NCBI RefSeq assembly: GCF_009914755.1
Contig: NC_060931.1
DNA from: the human T2T-CHM13v2.0 reference genome, Homo sapiens
Reading direction: 5' to 3' (one strand)
Length of the DNA stretch: 64,000 bases
Part shown: positions 63,918 through 64,000 of the stretch, one piece after another
Numbering within the stretch: position 1 is the first letter of the stretch
Layout of the letters: every line of letters begins with the position of its first letter
Notes under the pieces: model-generated
Databases searched by the model: none
Seen by the model: the letters and a program-made list of their open reading frames with translations, nothing else
What the model was told of the DNA's origin: nothing
Translations under genes and position numbers: made by a program

Positions 63918-64000
63918 TAGGGGAGCTGGCTTAGCTGTCTATGCTTAGCACCTCAAAAAGCTGAAATGAAGGTGTTGGCCAGGCTAAAAGTACTCACCTT

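Overview
Primate (human-like) genomic DNA, AT-rich and dense in interspersed repeats. It contains the 5' end of TES (testin, a PET/LIM focal-adhesion protein) on the + strand: a CpG-island promoter (~35.3-36.1 kb), coding exon 1 (35698-35724, MDLENKVKK), a 23.8-kb intron 1 and coding exon 2 (59517-59602, [29 protein letters not shown]). The first 35 kb is intergenic and made mostly of L1, Alu, LTR12, MER52, MaLR and Tigger/hAT elements. Almost all ORFs in the supplied track are repeat-derived or chance ORFs. I see no convincing new protein-coding system. The most interesting signals are: (i) clusters of SRF CArG boxes with TEAD/AP-1 motifs, including a candidate internal promoter and non-coding first exon at ~47.7-48.0 kb that would start translation at the exon-2 ATG; (ii) an old, multi-segment inverted templated insertion at 25.6-25.9 kb; (iii) a chimeric AluY/AluSp element bounded by a single TSD; (iv) a fold-back at an L1 5' junction. 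Repeat subfamily names come from remembered consensus sequences and most repeat boundaries are approximate.
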